A stretch of 64,000 nt of DNA from an uncultured SAR92 cluster bacterium (GTDB taxonomy: Bacteria; Pseudomonadota; Gammaproteobacteria; Pseudomonadales; Porticoccaceae): positions 50,778-114,777 of the forward strand of contig CABZOI010000006.1 of the NCBI GenBank assembly GCA_902527245.1. The letters are read 5' to 3'. Numbering within the stretch: position 1 is the stretch's first letter; each line of letters opens with the position of its first letter. The position numbers and the translations under genes were made by a program. This document shows, in pieces, positions 46,289 to 56,166 of the stretch. The notes beneath the pieces are model-generated. The model worked only from the letters and a program-made list of their open reading frames with translations. It had not been told where the DNA came from and ran no database searches.

Positions 46289-47841
46289 TAGTGCCAGTTA
46301 GACTAAAAACCATTATCTCGATGTTCTTTAAACATCGACTGGATCTACTGCTCGATCGAGAAAGAATGCCAAAACGTTTTAAATTCGTCTTTCTTTTCAC
46401 CAAACTCTTTAAAAATCCCAGTAAAAATAGAGCAATCAGAATCAGAGAATGCCTAGAAGAGTTGGGCCCTATTTTTATTAAATTTGGCCAACTTCTATCT
46501 ACTCGACCTGATCTAATACCAAATGATATTGCGAAAGAGCTTGTTCTGCTCCAGGACTCTGTTCCTCCTTTTTGTGCAAAAGAATTTAAAAAAATTTTAG
46601 AAACGTCCCTCGAATCTACAGTAGAACAAACTTTTCAGTCTTATGAAACTGAGCCAATGGCATCAGCATCAATTGCTCAAGTACATGCAGCAAAATTAAA
46701 AAATGGAAAAGATATTGTGATAAAAGTGGTTAGGCCGGGGATAGAGAAGGTTATTAGGAAAGATCTTCAAGTGCTGTATTCAATTGCAAAATTTATAGAG
46801 AAATTCGGAGAGGATACCAAGCGTCTTCATCCAGTCGAGGTGGTGAAGGAATATGAAAATACAATTATGGGAGAACTTGACCTCAGAGCGGAAGGAGCAA
46901 ATGCGTCCGTTTTAAAGTCTAATTTTGAAAACTCTGATCTTTTATACATTCCAAAAATTTACTGGGAATATTCCTCAAAAAATGTCCTGGTGATGGACAA
47001 AATTGTTGGCATCCCAGTGACTGATGTCAAAAAATTAGCAGCAGTCAATACTAACTTTAAATTACTTGCTGAGCGCGGAGTAGAGATTTTCTTTACACAA
47101 GTTTTACGTCATAATTTTTTTCATGCAGACATGCATCCAGGCAACATATTTGTTGATGCATCTGACCCAAAATCGCCAACCTATATAGGCATCGATTGTG
47201 CAATAATTGGCTCATTATCTGATGAAGATCAATACTACATTGCGCGAAATCTTCTTGCTATTTTCCAGAGAGATTATCAATTGGTTGCCGAGCTTCATGT
47301 CCAATCAGGTTGGGTACCCAAAGACACCTCAATTCTTGCACTCACCAGTGCAGTGAGAACTGTTTGTGAACCTATATTCCAACGACCACTGAATGAAATT
47401 TCACTCGGTCACATACTGATTGACCTATTTGCGACCGCTAGAGACTTTAAAATGGAGGTACAACCAGCACTAGTATTACTTCAAAAGACTTTATTGAATA
47501 TCGAAGGATTAGGGAGACAACTCTATCCTGAATTAGATCTTTGGCAGACCGCTAAACCTTTCCTAGAGAAGTGGCTCAAGGAACGCTATTCTCCCAAGAA
47601 TATTCTCAAAAAAGTGACAAGAAATGCACCTGATATGTTAGAAAAAATTGCAACAATGCCAGCGAAGATTGATGATATTCTCGAGAGCATTGAAAAAAAT
47701 CAGCCTTCAAAAAACATCCGCACCAAATCACAGGTGTCCTTTGATTCCGCTCGGTCAGGAGTAAGATGGTTCTACCTTATTTTTGGTTTTGGTATAGGGA
47801 TCATAGTATGTTACGCATTAATCTCGATGAATTATTTGTAA
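46285..47841 (+). CDS. ubiB: Ubiquinone biosynthesis regulatory protein kinase (ABC1/ADCK family)
   Basis: LGPIFIKFGQLLSTRPD, ASIAQVH, HADMHPGN, C-terminal TM segments. 4-nt overlap with ubiJ. Confidence 0.9.
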   Translation: MIVPVRLKTIISMFFKHRLDLLLDRERMPKRFKFVFLFTKLFKNPSKNRAIRIRECLEELGPIFIKFGQLLSTRPDLIPNDIAKELVLLQDSVPPFCAKEFKKILETSLESTVEQTFQSYETEPMASASIAQVHAAKLKNGKDIVIKVVRPGIEKVIRKDLQVLYSIAKFIEKFGEDTKRLHPVEVVKEYENTIMGELDLRAEGANASVLKSNFENSDLLYIPKIYWEYSSKNVLVMDKIVGIPVTDVKKLAAVNTNFKLLAERGVEIFFTQVLRHNFFHADMHPGNIFVDASDPKSPTYIGIDCAIIGSLSDEDQYYIARNLLAIFQRDYQLVAELHVQSGWVPKDTSILALTSAVRTVCEPIFQRPLNEISLGHILIDLFATARDFKMEVQPALVLLQKTLLNIEGLGRQLYPELDLWQTAKPFLEKWLKERYSPKNILKKVTRNAPDMLEKIATMPAKIDDILESIEKNQPSKNIRTKSQVSFDSARSGVRWFYLIFGFGIGIIVCYALISMNYL

Positions 47842-47910
47842 ATTGTAAAACTACTGCCATAATTAACGATAGAGATACTGTCACAAAAGAATTAAAACAG
47901 GAGCTAAAAC

Positions 47911-48087
47911 ATGGGATTTGGTTGGCAAGAATTAATTATTATACTTGTAATAGTCGCACTCATCTTTGGGACTAAAAAACTCACCAACATTGGCTCAGAT
48001 CTCGGAGGAGCAGTCAAAAACTTTAAAAAGGCTGTATCAGAGCAAAAAACTGATAACTCCGAAGATTCAGAAAAATCAAATAGCTAA
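47911..48087 (+). CDS. tatA: Sec-independent translocase protein TatA (58 aa, absent from the ORF track)
   Basis: Hand translation gives [42 protein letters not shown]... with GGAG 8 nt upstream. Lies directly before tatB and tatC. Confidence 0.85.
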   Translation: MGFGWQELIIILVIVALIFGTKKLTNIGSDLGGAVKNFKKAVSEQKTDNSEDSEKSNS

Positions 48088-48116
48088 ATTTGTCGTAAAT
48101 CAGTAGGTTAAATCGA

Positions 48117-48404
48117 ATGTTTGACATTGGTTTTTCAGAGATTCTGATAGTGGCGACACTCACGTTAATAATAATGGGACCGAAAAGGCTTCCTGAAACT
48201 GTAAAGACAATTACTTTATGGCTCGGTAGGATTCGGAATTTCATAAACTCTGCCAAAGTTGAGATTGAAAACGAAGTTGGTATAGATGAAATTAAAAAGC
48301 AACTTCACAATGAAAAGATTATGAACGAAATCGAAAAATCAAAGCGAGAACTGAACTCAATATCGAAAGATTTATCAATGAGCCAAGAAAATGAAAAAGG
48401 TTGA
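48117..48404 (+). CDS. tatB: Sec-independent translocase protein TatB
   Basis: MFDIGFSEILIVATLTLIIMGPKRLPE N-terminus followed by an amphipathic helix. Confidence 0.8.
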   Translation: MFDIGFSEILIVATLTLIIMGPKRLPETVKTITLWLGRIRNFINSAKVEIENEVGIDEIKKQLHNEKIMNEIEKSKRELNSISKDLSMSQENEKG

Positions 48405-49158
48405 TGTGGAGTTTGAGAAACAACCTTTGATAAGCCATCTCATCGAGCTAAGAAATCGAATTCTATTAACTTTAATCGTCATATTCGCAGTATTTTTGGT
48501 AATAATTCCATTCAGTGGCACCCTATATCTTTACATCTCCGAACCCATTAGAGTACTTTTGGCTGATGATATAACGATGATTGCAACAGAGGTTGCGTCA
48601 CCTTTTTTAACTCCATTTAAGCTGGCATTAATCGCTTCGATTTTTTTAACCATGCCTCACTCCCTGTATCAAACATGGGCATTTCTCGCGCCAGGGCTCT
48701 ATAAAAGAGAGAAGAAAATAGTAATACCTCTGTTTATTACCAGTGTAATACTTTTTTACGCAGGCATCGCTTTTGCTTTTTTTGTTGTATTCCCGCTAGT
48801 TTTTAGCTTTTTTTCAAATATAGCACCAAGTGAGATAAGCGTTATGCCGGACATCAAAAGCTATCTGGATTTTGTGTTAAAACTCTTTTTTGCCTTTGGT
48901 ATTAGCTTTCAAATTCCCATAGCAATCGTAATCCTCTCCTGGATGAATGCCTTGGATCCATACAAATTGTCTTCGAAAAGACCTTATGTCGTAATCCTAT
49001 GCTTCATTTTAGGGATGTTCCTAACACCACCTGATGTCATCTCACAAATATTACTAGCAGTACCAACCTGGCTTTTATTTGAATTAGGCCTCCTTCTGGG
49101 AAAACTTATTTCAAAGAAAAATCAGTCAAATAATGCTGCGGAAATGGCTGAAGAGTGA
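48391..49158 (+). CDS. tatC: Sec-independent translocase protein TatC
   Basis: HL.ELR.R leader and a 6-TM protein with P...Y..W.F..PGLY..E motifs. 14-nt overlap with tatB. Confidence 0.9.
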   Translation: MKKVDVEFEKQPLISHLIELRNRILLTLIVIFAVFLVIIPFSGTLYLYISEPIRVLLADDITMIATEVASPFLTPFKLALIASIFLTMPHSLYQTWAFLAPGLYKREKKIVIPLFITSVILFYAGIAFAFFVVFPLVFSFFSNIAPSEISVMPDIKSYLDFVLKLFFAFGISFQIPIAIVILSWMNALDPYKLSSKRPYVVILCFILGMFLTPPDVISQILLAVPTWLLFELGLLLGKLISKKNQSNNAAEMAEE

Positions 49159-50081
49159 GTGGCTCGAGCTAATTTAGAAATTTTTGCTGATGGGACTAGA
49201 AACTCAAAAGCGTGAAATCCGCCTTTAAAAATCTCAAGTTGTATTCCAATGCCAGCAGCTTCAAGCCGCTCAGAATAATTGATATCTTCATCCAAAAATA
49301 AATCAACATCACCAACCGCAATATAGGTAGACGGCAGGCCGTGCAAATCATTTGCAAAAATTGGGGCAGCGTATTTTGAGACGGCTTTCGAAGTCAAACA
49401 TTCTGTCGTACCCATATAATGTTGCCATGCGATGATATTTGAGTCTCGATTCCATATTCTCGGATCAGTTACAAGATAACTGGAATCAGTAATATTTCTA
49501 CTATCGATCATTGGACAGAGTAAAGCCTGAAAGCAGATATTAAATTCTCCTTTATCTCGAATCAGCAAAGCCAGACCAGCCGCTAATCCTCCACCTGCAC
49601 TAATTCCACCTACAGCGATTCGTTGTGAATCTACAGAAAGTTTATCGGCCTTGGAAAATAACCACTCTATCCCTGCATAACAGTCATTAAGTGGAGTAGG
49701 ATAAGGATATTCAGGAGCAAGACGATAATCTACAGAGACAAAAACGCAACCTATTTCCCTTGTCATCGATCTAACTAAATAGTCATCTCCATCAACACTG
49801 CCAAAACAAAAACCACCACCATGAATCCAAAATACTGCTGGCAATTTTTGCGAATTATTCTTTGGTCGGTATACTCTCAACTGTATTCTTTCATTTTCAA
49901 TGTCTACAAAGTAGTCTGTTGAAATCACATTATCAATTTTTGGCAATGATTCAGCCAACTGCTCTCTTTTCTCTCTAGACTGTTGTCTCACAAGATCTAT
50001 GTTCGACCAGTCAATATGAGCACTAGATGGAATACTTTCAATGTATGGAATTAATTCACTATCTACCAAATCAAGATTCAA
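49122..50081 (-). CDS. Alpha/beta hydrolase, hormone-sensitive-lipase (family IV) type esterase
   Basis: HGGGF oxyanion motif, nucleophile elbow GGISAGG, C-terminal HAF. Confidence 0.8.
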   Translation of the reverse strand: MNLDLVDSELIPYIESIPSSAHIDWSNIDLVRQQSREKREQLAESLPKIDNVISTDYFVDIENERIQLRVYRPKNNSQKLPAVFWIHGGGFCFGSVDGDDYLVRSMTREIGCVFVSVDYRLAPEYPYPTPLNDCYAGIEWLFSKADKLSVDSQRIAVGGISAGGGLAAGLALLIRDKGEFNICFQALLCPMIDSRNITDSSYLVTDPRIWNRDSNIIAWQHYMGTTECLTSKAVSKYAAPIFANDLHGLPSTYIAVGDVDLFLDEDINYSERLEAAGIGIQLEIFKGGFHAFEFLVPSAKISKLARATHSSAISAALFD

Positions 50082-50101
50082 ATTAACACCTCGTTATTAA
50101 T

Positions 50102-50473
50102 TTACTCAATATTTGATATGAATTTCATGGAGATACTGTTAACGCAATGCCTAATATTTTTATCGGTATACCCTTCTCCATAGAATACGTGACCTAAATG
50201 ACCGTTACACTTTGCGCATACAATTTCAGTCCGTCTTCCATCAGGATCCGGTAGTCTTTTCACCGCATTTTCTATTTCGTCATCAAAACTTGGCCAACCA
50301 CAACTGGACTGAAATTTGTCATCGGATTTATATAAAGGCGCATTGCACTGGCGACAGATATACAAGCCTGGTGAAAAAAAATTATTATACTCACCGGAGA
50401 ACGGGGGTTCGGTCCCTTTATTGATAATAATATGTCGTTCGCTTTCATTCAGCTCATTTAGCTTAATGCTCAT
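50102..50473 (-). CDS. msrB: Peptide-methionine (R)-S-oxide reductase
   Basis: Two CxxC zinc motifs (CRQC, CAKC), GWPSF and RHCVNS. Confidence 0.9.
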   Translation of the reverse strand: MSIKLNELNESERHIIINKGTEPPFSGEYNNFFSPGLYICRQCNAPLYKSDDKFQSSCGWPSFDDEIENAVKRLPDPDGRRTEIVCAKCNGHLGHVFYGEGYTDKNIRHCVNSISMKFISNIE

Positions 50474-51233
50474 AACTTTTTTTCCTCAATTCTAGCCAAA
50501 GTTTATCTGTATTATCCTGAATTACTTGGAGTGCAGTCAAAATATCTCCCTTTTTCTGATCGCAGAAATGATTTCTACCAAATAAACGCAATTTATCGGA
50601 AAAAGGATGAGCAAAATCTGCATATTCCCAGTCAATTAAATATATTTGTTTTCCACTGTAGATAATATTTTCGGGAACAAGATCATTATGAGTAATAATT
50701 GGTCGCCAGTAAGCCTGATCTATGAGTTTTGCAAACCGAATGGTTTCCTCAATATACAGAGACTCTGGCTTCTCTAGCTGATTTACATAATTTTCCATAT
50801 AGGCTTGGTAATTTTTTTTGTCATATTTGGTCACATCAATCGTGCTAATATCTTTTAAACAAATTTCTATTAGCTTTTTTATTTTAGCATTAGCAAGGTC
50901 ATTCAACTCCAATGACCTTCCTGAGATAAACTCTCTAACTTGCACTTCGTTATTAGCATGCAAAACCCGAGGGATAAAAGGTTTGTCTTTCAAAAGATTT
51001 TGTATTTTCATTTCTCTGCCACGATTTATTCCAAGATTAGAAGAATAACCACAGTTAATCCTGACAACTGCCTTGAAGTCAGCGCATGTAACAAGAAAAG
51101 AATCGTTAGTCATACCCTCTTGGAGCTTCTTCGCGACTTGAGGTACCTGATTTAAACTTTGATAGTTTTGTGGTATCCAAGCGCGCCAATTAGCTAGTGT
51201 TTCAGCAAGTAGATTTTCTACTCTGATATCCAA
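50463..51233 (-). CDS. Choline/aminoglycoside-kinase-fold phosphotransferase, ThiK (thiamine kinase)-like by context
   Basis: Brenner motif HNDLVPEN and LIDWEYA. 256 aa. Embedded in the THI-box operon next to a PnuC-family transporter. Confidence 0.6.
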   Translation of the reverse strand: MDIRVENLLAETLANWRAWIPQNYQSLNQVPQVAKKLQEGMTNDSFLVTCADFKAVVRINCGYSSNLGINRGREMKIQNLLKDKPFIPRVLHANNEVQVREFISGRSLELNDLANAKIKKLIEICLKDISTIDVTKYDKKNYQAYMENYVNQLEKPESLYIEETIRFAKLIDQAYWRPIITHNDLVPENIIYSGKQIYLIDWEYADFAHPFSDKLRLFGRNHFCDQKKGDILTALQVIQDNTDKLWLELRKKSYEH

Positions 51234-51786
51234 AGTTCTTATTCCAAATTAAAAAACCAGTAATCGCAATCAATAAATATATGAAATAGAGAAAAACTGT
51301 TTGGTTCAAATCTCTCTCCAAGTATATATAAATTGAAATAGTATCTATCGAAATCCAGTAGATCCAATTCTCGAGGACTTTTCTGACCACTAAAATCGTT
51401 GCAATCACACTCGACCAAGTAGTAAATGAATCTAAATATGGCATATAAGCGTCACTTGCCTCAGTTAAGATGTAACCGCTGATAGCGGTCAAAGTTATGA
51501 TGAGCAATAAAATTAAAAAATGTGTTCTCGTATCAAGTTTGATAATAGGACGCTTGTGATTTTTATTTTCATTTTTCCCCCAAACAAACAAACCGCAAAC
51601 TGCCATGAACGCATAATAAACGCTTAATAAAGACTCCATATATAAATTTACATCGTAAAAAATAAATATGTAAATAAGTGATCCCGCTAATCCAAACCAC
51701 CAACATACTTTTTTTTCAAACGCGGCAAAAATCACATAAGCTATCGAAAAACTCACCGCTAAAGTTTCAAGATTGAAATGATCCAT
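51202..51786 (-). CDS. PnuC-family transporter (PnuT-like, predicted thiamine uptake by context)
   Basis: ~7-TM protein with paired W-containing PnuC motifs (CWWFG..., ENWIYWISID..., GFLIW). Confidence 0.7.
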   Translation of the reverse strand: MDHFNLETLAVSFSIAYVIFAAFEKKVCWWFGLAGSLIYIFIFYDVNLYMESLLSVYYAFMAVCGLFVWGKNENKNHKRPIIKLDTRTHFLILLLIITLTAISGYILTEASDAYMPYLDSFTTWSSVIATILVVRKVLENWIYWISIDTISIYIYLERDLNQTVFLYFIYLLIAITGFLIWNKNFGYQSRKSTC

Positions 51787-51789
51787 GAA

Positions 51790-52041
51790 CTACTTTAATG
51801 CCTCGTAGCCTGGGATAATTTTTAAAACATATGCAGCCATGTCAAACTCATCGTGACACTGCGAAATTGTCTCTTGTATTGATTGCATAACATCAACAAA
51901 TTGTCCTTGCACAATCGTGCTTGTCGATGACGGTACCACCTTAATATTTTTATGCTTTTGAATGTTTTCTATGAAACCCAAAATTGGAGCTTTAAACTCC
52001 TTGTTAAATGGATACATGCTTATATCTATTGTAGTTATCAT
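51790..52041 (-). CDS. Small YkoF / MTH1187-like (thiamine- or HMP-binding) protein
   Basis: 83 aa with a DISMYPF...STSTIVQG pattern resembling the ACT-like YkoF/DUF77 fold. The call leans on operon context. Confidence 0.45.
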   Translation of the reverse strand: MITTIDISMYPFNKEFKAPILGFIENIQKHKNIKVVPSSTSTIVQGQFVDVMQSIQETISQCHDEFDMAAYVLKIIPGYEALK

Positions 52042-52065
52042 AATTTTTCACTCCTTGTGGATATA

Positions 52066-54177
52066 TTAAAAATCAAACTGAGCCGTTACTCCGAAAGTCC
52101 GAGGGGCGCCATATTGGTAATAAGGTTCTGTTTCATAGTATTTTCTCGGATCGTTACCAAAACCACCAAATCCACGAATTATGGTCTTATCATTTGCTAA
52201 ATTTTTCCCCCATAGTGAGTATCTGATCTCATTCGGCTGATAATTAAAACTTAAGTTTATCAATGTATAGCTTTCAGATTCTTCGTTATGATTGGACGAC
52301 AGATAAAACTTATCCTTGCCTTCAACGTCAAATGACAAATAAATATCGGATGAAACAATAAAATTACCTCCGATCATAAATTGATATGATGGCGCGTGTG
52401 CTTGCTCACGAAAATTAAGTAAATCAGACGTAGGTACTCTGAATTCAGTCTCTAGTAGCCCTACTGATCCAAAAAGCTCGAATCGGTCATTCAGATCCAG
52501 AGATAAATTAACTTCTAAACCATAATTTACGCCCTCTGCTGAATTGCCGATATAATCGATGAATTCAACCGAATTAGAATCGTCTCTCGGTAAGACAAGA
52601 GACTGTTTCAACTGAACATCTCGTCTCCATTGATAGAAGGCACTCACTCGCCCTCTTAGTCGACTCTCATACCAAGTGCCAGACAAACCTGTCTCTAAAT
52701 TCCACATATATTCGGTATCAAAATCTCGATTCTCTAATGCAAGAGACAAATTATTATTTATTCCACCTGCTTTGTATCCCCTGGATAAAACCATATAGGA
52801 CGTGATTGAATCAGAAATTATGTAGTTGACTGCTAATTTACCACCCCAGAGGTTTTCGGCTATATCATGGGCAAACACATCACTATCACTGTAATTCGCC
52901 TTCCGACGCTCCAGTCTAACTCCGCCAATAACACTTATGTGATCATTCAAATTAGAGTCTAGTTGTCCGTAAACAGCAAGATTCTTGGTATTAAAATCAC
53001 TTGTAAAAGCATTCTGTAAATAAGTATATTCCCGACTTAGTACCTCTTCTTGATCGCGGAAATAGATTCCCAGCACCCATTTGAATGAGCTATTCAGTAT
53101 AGAGAAAGTTTTTTTAGAGAGTAATCTCGTATCGATTACCAAATTAGTCTTAGATCTAATGTAGTTGTCTGTTGAACTGTATTCCCAACCCTCACATGCT
53201 TGTCCCAGGCATATATCAGGAAACGCCCAGTCCTCATCATAACCATATTCGGAATCGCTATTATATCCGCTTACCATACTAATTAAGTCATAGTTAACCT
53301 CACTATATTTAGTTTTAAAAGATAATCCATTCATCTTTAATCGGTCATGGCCAGGGTTGTTTGATAGTGTTCGTCGGGTATTATCCAAAGAAAAAGCATC
53401 ATAACCATTATCAATATCGAGGCGTAACAATGTTGACTCCATAGTTAAGTTATCTGTGGGTTGCCAATCAAACATTGACTTTATTGCCGATTCGTCAATG
53501 TTATTAGTGTTATCTCGGTCTAAGAAGTCATTTGACATAAACCCATTATTTAGTGTCCTTCCCACTGCAATACGAAATTTTGATGTCTCAGATATTGGAA
53601 TAGAATAACTCCCATCAATCGTGCGCGCTTCATAATTTCCAAATCCAATCTTTAGCTTTCCAGATTTAATCGCTTCAGGCCGATTAGATTTTAAGTTAAT
53701 TAGACCTGCCAACGCATTTGCACCATTAATCGTTCCTTGAGGTCCCCGAAGTATTTCAATCCTATCTAGATCTAGAGTCAGAGCAGCTCCGTTTGTTCCT
53801 GAAATATCAATTCCATCAAGCAAAACACCAACTGAAGGATTGATTGGCTCAACAAATTGGCTCCGCTCGCCAATCCCCCGAATTTGCACAAACCTCCCAC
53901 GAGATGCACCACTAGCAAAGTTAACGTTTGCCACAGTATTCAGCAATGTATCAATATGCTGTGCTTTTCTGCGCTCTATTACTTCAGAATTGATAATTTC
54001 CATACTGGTGGCAGCAGTTGATATATTTTTTTCACGTAAATCTGAGATTACTATTATTTCATCAAAGCCATCTTCATAAGATTTAGATTCTGGCACTGCA
54101 ACTAGTGCAAAACAGACGGCATAAACGAACAAAAATTTCATTATGTAATGTTTGAAGAATTGATATTTTAAGTGCAT
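52066..54177 (-). CDS. TonB-dependent receptor (THI-box regulated)
   Basis: Plug motifs (DEIIVISD..., IEILRGPQGT) and C-terminal ...GVTAQFDF. The ATG at 54177 has GGAG 7 nt upstream. Confidence 0.9.
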   Translation of the reverse strand: MHLKYQFFKHYIMKFLFVYAVCFALVAVPESKSYEDGFDEIIVISDLREKNISTAATSMEIINSEVIERRKAQHIDTLLNTVANVNFASGASRGRFVQIRGIGERSQFVEPINPSVGVLLDGIDISGTNGAALTLDLDRIEILRGPQGTINGANALAGLINLKSNRPEAIKSGKLKIGFGNYEARTIDGSYSIPISETSKFRIAVGRTLNNGFMSNDFLDRDNTNNIDESAIKSMFDWQPTDNLTMESTLLRLDIDNGYDAFSLDNTRRTLSNNPGHDRLKMNGLSFKTKYSEVNYDLISMVSGYNSDSEYGYDEDWAFPDICLGQACEGWEYSSTDNYIRSKTNLVIDTRLLSKKTFSILNSSFKWVLGIYFRDQEEVLSREYTYLQNAFTSDFNTKNLAVYGQLDSNLNDHISVIGGVRLERRKANYSDSDVFAHDIAENLWGGKLAVNYIISDSITSYMVLSRGYKAGGINNNLSLALENRDFDTEYMWNLETGLSGTWYESRLRGRVSAFYQWRRDVQLKQSLVLPRDDSNSVEFIDYIGNSAEGVNYGLEVNLSLDLNDRFELFGSVGLLETEFRVPTSDLLNFREQAHAPSYQFMIGGNFIVSSDIYLSFDVEGKDKFYLSSNHNEESESYTLINLSFNYQPNEIRYSLWGKNLANDKTIIRGFGGFGNDPRKYYETEPYYQYGAPRTFGVTAQFDF

Positions 54178-54233
54178 GATAAGTCTCCGTGATTGAAAAG
54201 AGACCTGATAGTAAGAATAAAAATTTCCAGAAA

Positions 54234-54312
54234 CCTATTCCTACGCCGGTATTACCCGGATCAGGTACAAAGGGTGCTTCTCAGACAAGTATTTAATGCC
54301 GCCCCCTAGGTA
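54234..54312 (-). promoter_or_regulatory. TPP (THI-box) riboswitch
   Basis: The minus-strand RNA reads CCUAGGGGGCGGC...CUGAGA.GCACCCUUUGUACCUGAUCCGGGUAAUACCGGCGUAGGAAUAGG. It carries the conserved GGGG.GC, CUGAGA, ACCC, ACCUGAUC.GG.UAAUACC.GCGUAGG blocks. It lies in the 5' leader of the TBDR. Confidence 0.85.
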
Positions 54313-54378
54313 TAAACAGGGTAACACAATGAGAAAAAACCCTAAAGCATTTGAGACATATTAAATAGGTTGTGACAA

Positions 54379-56166
54379 ATGATAAGCTCGAAAAAAATCT
54401 TGACTATAATCATATTGTGCGGACTTTTATCTGCGTGCGAGAAAATAACAGATAACTCGCATACATCAATAAATGAAGTGCTCAATAACTTTTTTATGGA
54501 ATCATTGCGACTATCTCCTGAATCAATGACATATCTTGGGATAAAAGATCGATATGATGAATGGGATGATATCTCAGATGAAGCAAAAGATCAGATGCTG
54601 GAGCTTCGTAAAAAACAACTTAAACAGATTTCTAGCATTGATCTCACCACAGCATCAGAGTCTGAGAAACTCAGTGTTGCGATGTTTCAAAGTCAGCTTG
54701 AACAGCAAATTGCGGCAGACAAATGGAGGTACCATAATTATCCAGTGAATCAAATGAGGGGCAAACACAGTCAGATAGTTTCTTTTTTAATCAACCAACA
54801 CTCGATTACAGACATTGCTGATGCGAATGATTATGTTGCACGAGTAAGAAATGTCACATTTGTTATCGAGGAACTTATTAATCAGTTAAAGATTAGAGCG
54901 GAACAGGGAATTATAATACCAAAATTTGTGTTCCCATTAGTTGTGGCCTCCATTGACAATGTTCTTGCAGGACAGCCATTTAATGAGGGTACGGACAGTA
55001 CCATACTAAACGACTTCAAAAACAAGATTTCAACATTAAAAATAAGCAGCCAAGAAAAACAAGATCTAATTATAGACATCAACACAGCACTCACTTCTAA
55101 CTTTGGTCCGAGCTACGAAAACCTGAGGGATTACCTCATTCAACTAGAAAAAATCTCTGACGATCAACATGGGGTTTGGAAATTTCCCGATGGACGACAA
55201 TTCTATGATTTCTTATTAGAGCGAACCACCACTACGAAATTAAATTCAGATCAAATCCATGAGCTAGGTATAAGTGAGGTCTCACGAATACAGAATGAAA
55301 TGATTGAGATAATGAGAAAAGTCAATTTCGATGGGTCTTTAAAAGATTTTTTTGTGTACCTTCAAAATGACGAAAAGTTCTACTATGAGAATACACCTCA
55401 AGGAAAGCAAGCTTATATAGATAAGGCAACACAATATATTAATCACATGGAGGAGCATCTTGATAAACTTTTTTATGTTACTCCAAAAGCTGAAATGATC
55501 GTTAAAGCCGTAGAGCCCTTTCGTGAAGCTTCGGCAGGTCAAGCTTTCTATCAACGCCCAGCTCCTGATGGAAGTCGACCTGGTGTGTATTTTGCTAACT
55601 TATATGATATGAAGAATATGTCTAAATTTAATATGCAAGCATTGGCATATCATGAGGGAATTCCTGGTCATCATATGCAAATTTCGATAGCTCAAGAATT
55701 AGAGAATATTCCAAAATTTCGATTATATGGTGGCTTCACCGTTTTTAACGAGGGCTGGGCATTGTATTCTGAGGCAATCCCAAAAGAGCTAGGATTTTAT
55801 ACTGATCCATTCTCCGATTTTGGACGACTCGCGGGCGAGCTATATAGGGCTTGCAGACTAGTGGTTGATACTGGTATCCACGCCAAAAAATGGAGTCGAG
55901 AGAGAGCAATCGAGTATATGAACAATAATGTTCCTCATTCAAAAAATTATAATGTAAGGCAAATAGAACGTTACATTGTCATGCCATCACAAGCAACTGC
56001 ATATAAAATTGGAATGATTAAAATACAAGAATTAAGGGAGTTAGCTGAAAATTCACTCGGCGATCGATTTGACATCAGAGGGTTCCATGATGTCGTATTA
56101 AAAAATGGATCCGTAACGATGCCTATCTTAGAAAGTAATGTAAAAAAATGGATTAAAAACCAATGA
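54379..56166 (+). CDS. DUF885-family lipoprotein (metallopeptidase-like HExxxxH region)
   Basis: Lipobox LLSAC. YHEGIPGHHMQ, GWALYSE and RYIVMPSQATAYKIG motifs. Confidence 0.8.
   Translation: MISSKKILTIIILCGLLSACEKITDNSHTSINEVLNNFFMESLRLSPESMTYLGIKDRYDEWDDISDEAKDQMLELRKKQLKQISSIDLTTASESEKLSVAMFQSQLEQQIAADKWRYHNYPVNQMRGKHSQIVSFLINQHSITDIADANDYVARVRNVTFVIEELINQLKIRAEQGIIIPKFVFPLVVASIDNVLAGQPFNEGTDSTILNDFKNKISTLKISSQEKQDLIIDINTALTSNFGPSYENLRDYLIQLEKISDDQHGVWKFPDGRQFYDFLLERTTTTKLNSDQIHELGISEVSRIQNEMIEIMRKVNFDGSLKDFFVYLQNDEKFYYENTPQGKQAYIDKATQYINHMEEHLDKLFYVTPKAEMIVKAVEPFREASAGQAFYQRPAPDGSRPGVYFANLYDMKNMSKFNMQALAYHEGIPGHHMQISIAQELENIPKFRLYGGFTVFNEGWALYSEAIPKELGFYTDPFSDFGRLAGELYRACRLVVDTGIHAKKWSRERAIEYMNNNVPHSKNYNVRQIERYIVMPSQATAYKIGMIKIQELRELAENSLGDRFDIRGFHDVVLKNGSVTMPILESNVKKWIKNQ

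Noticed and set aside
47766-47975. Track ORF 47766-47975 (69 aa) spanning the ubiB end and the tatA start
   Set aside because: It is out of frame with both conserved genes. The real small gene here is tatA (47911-48087) in another frame.
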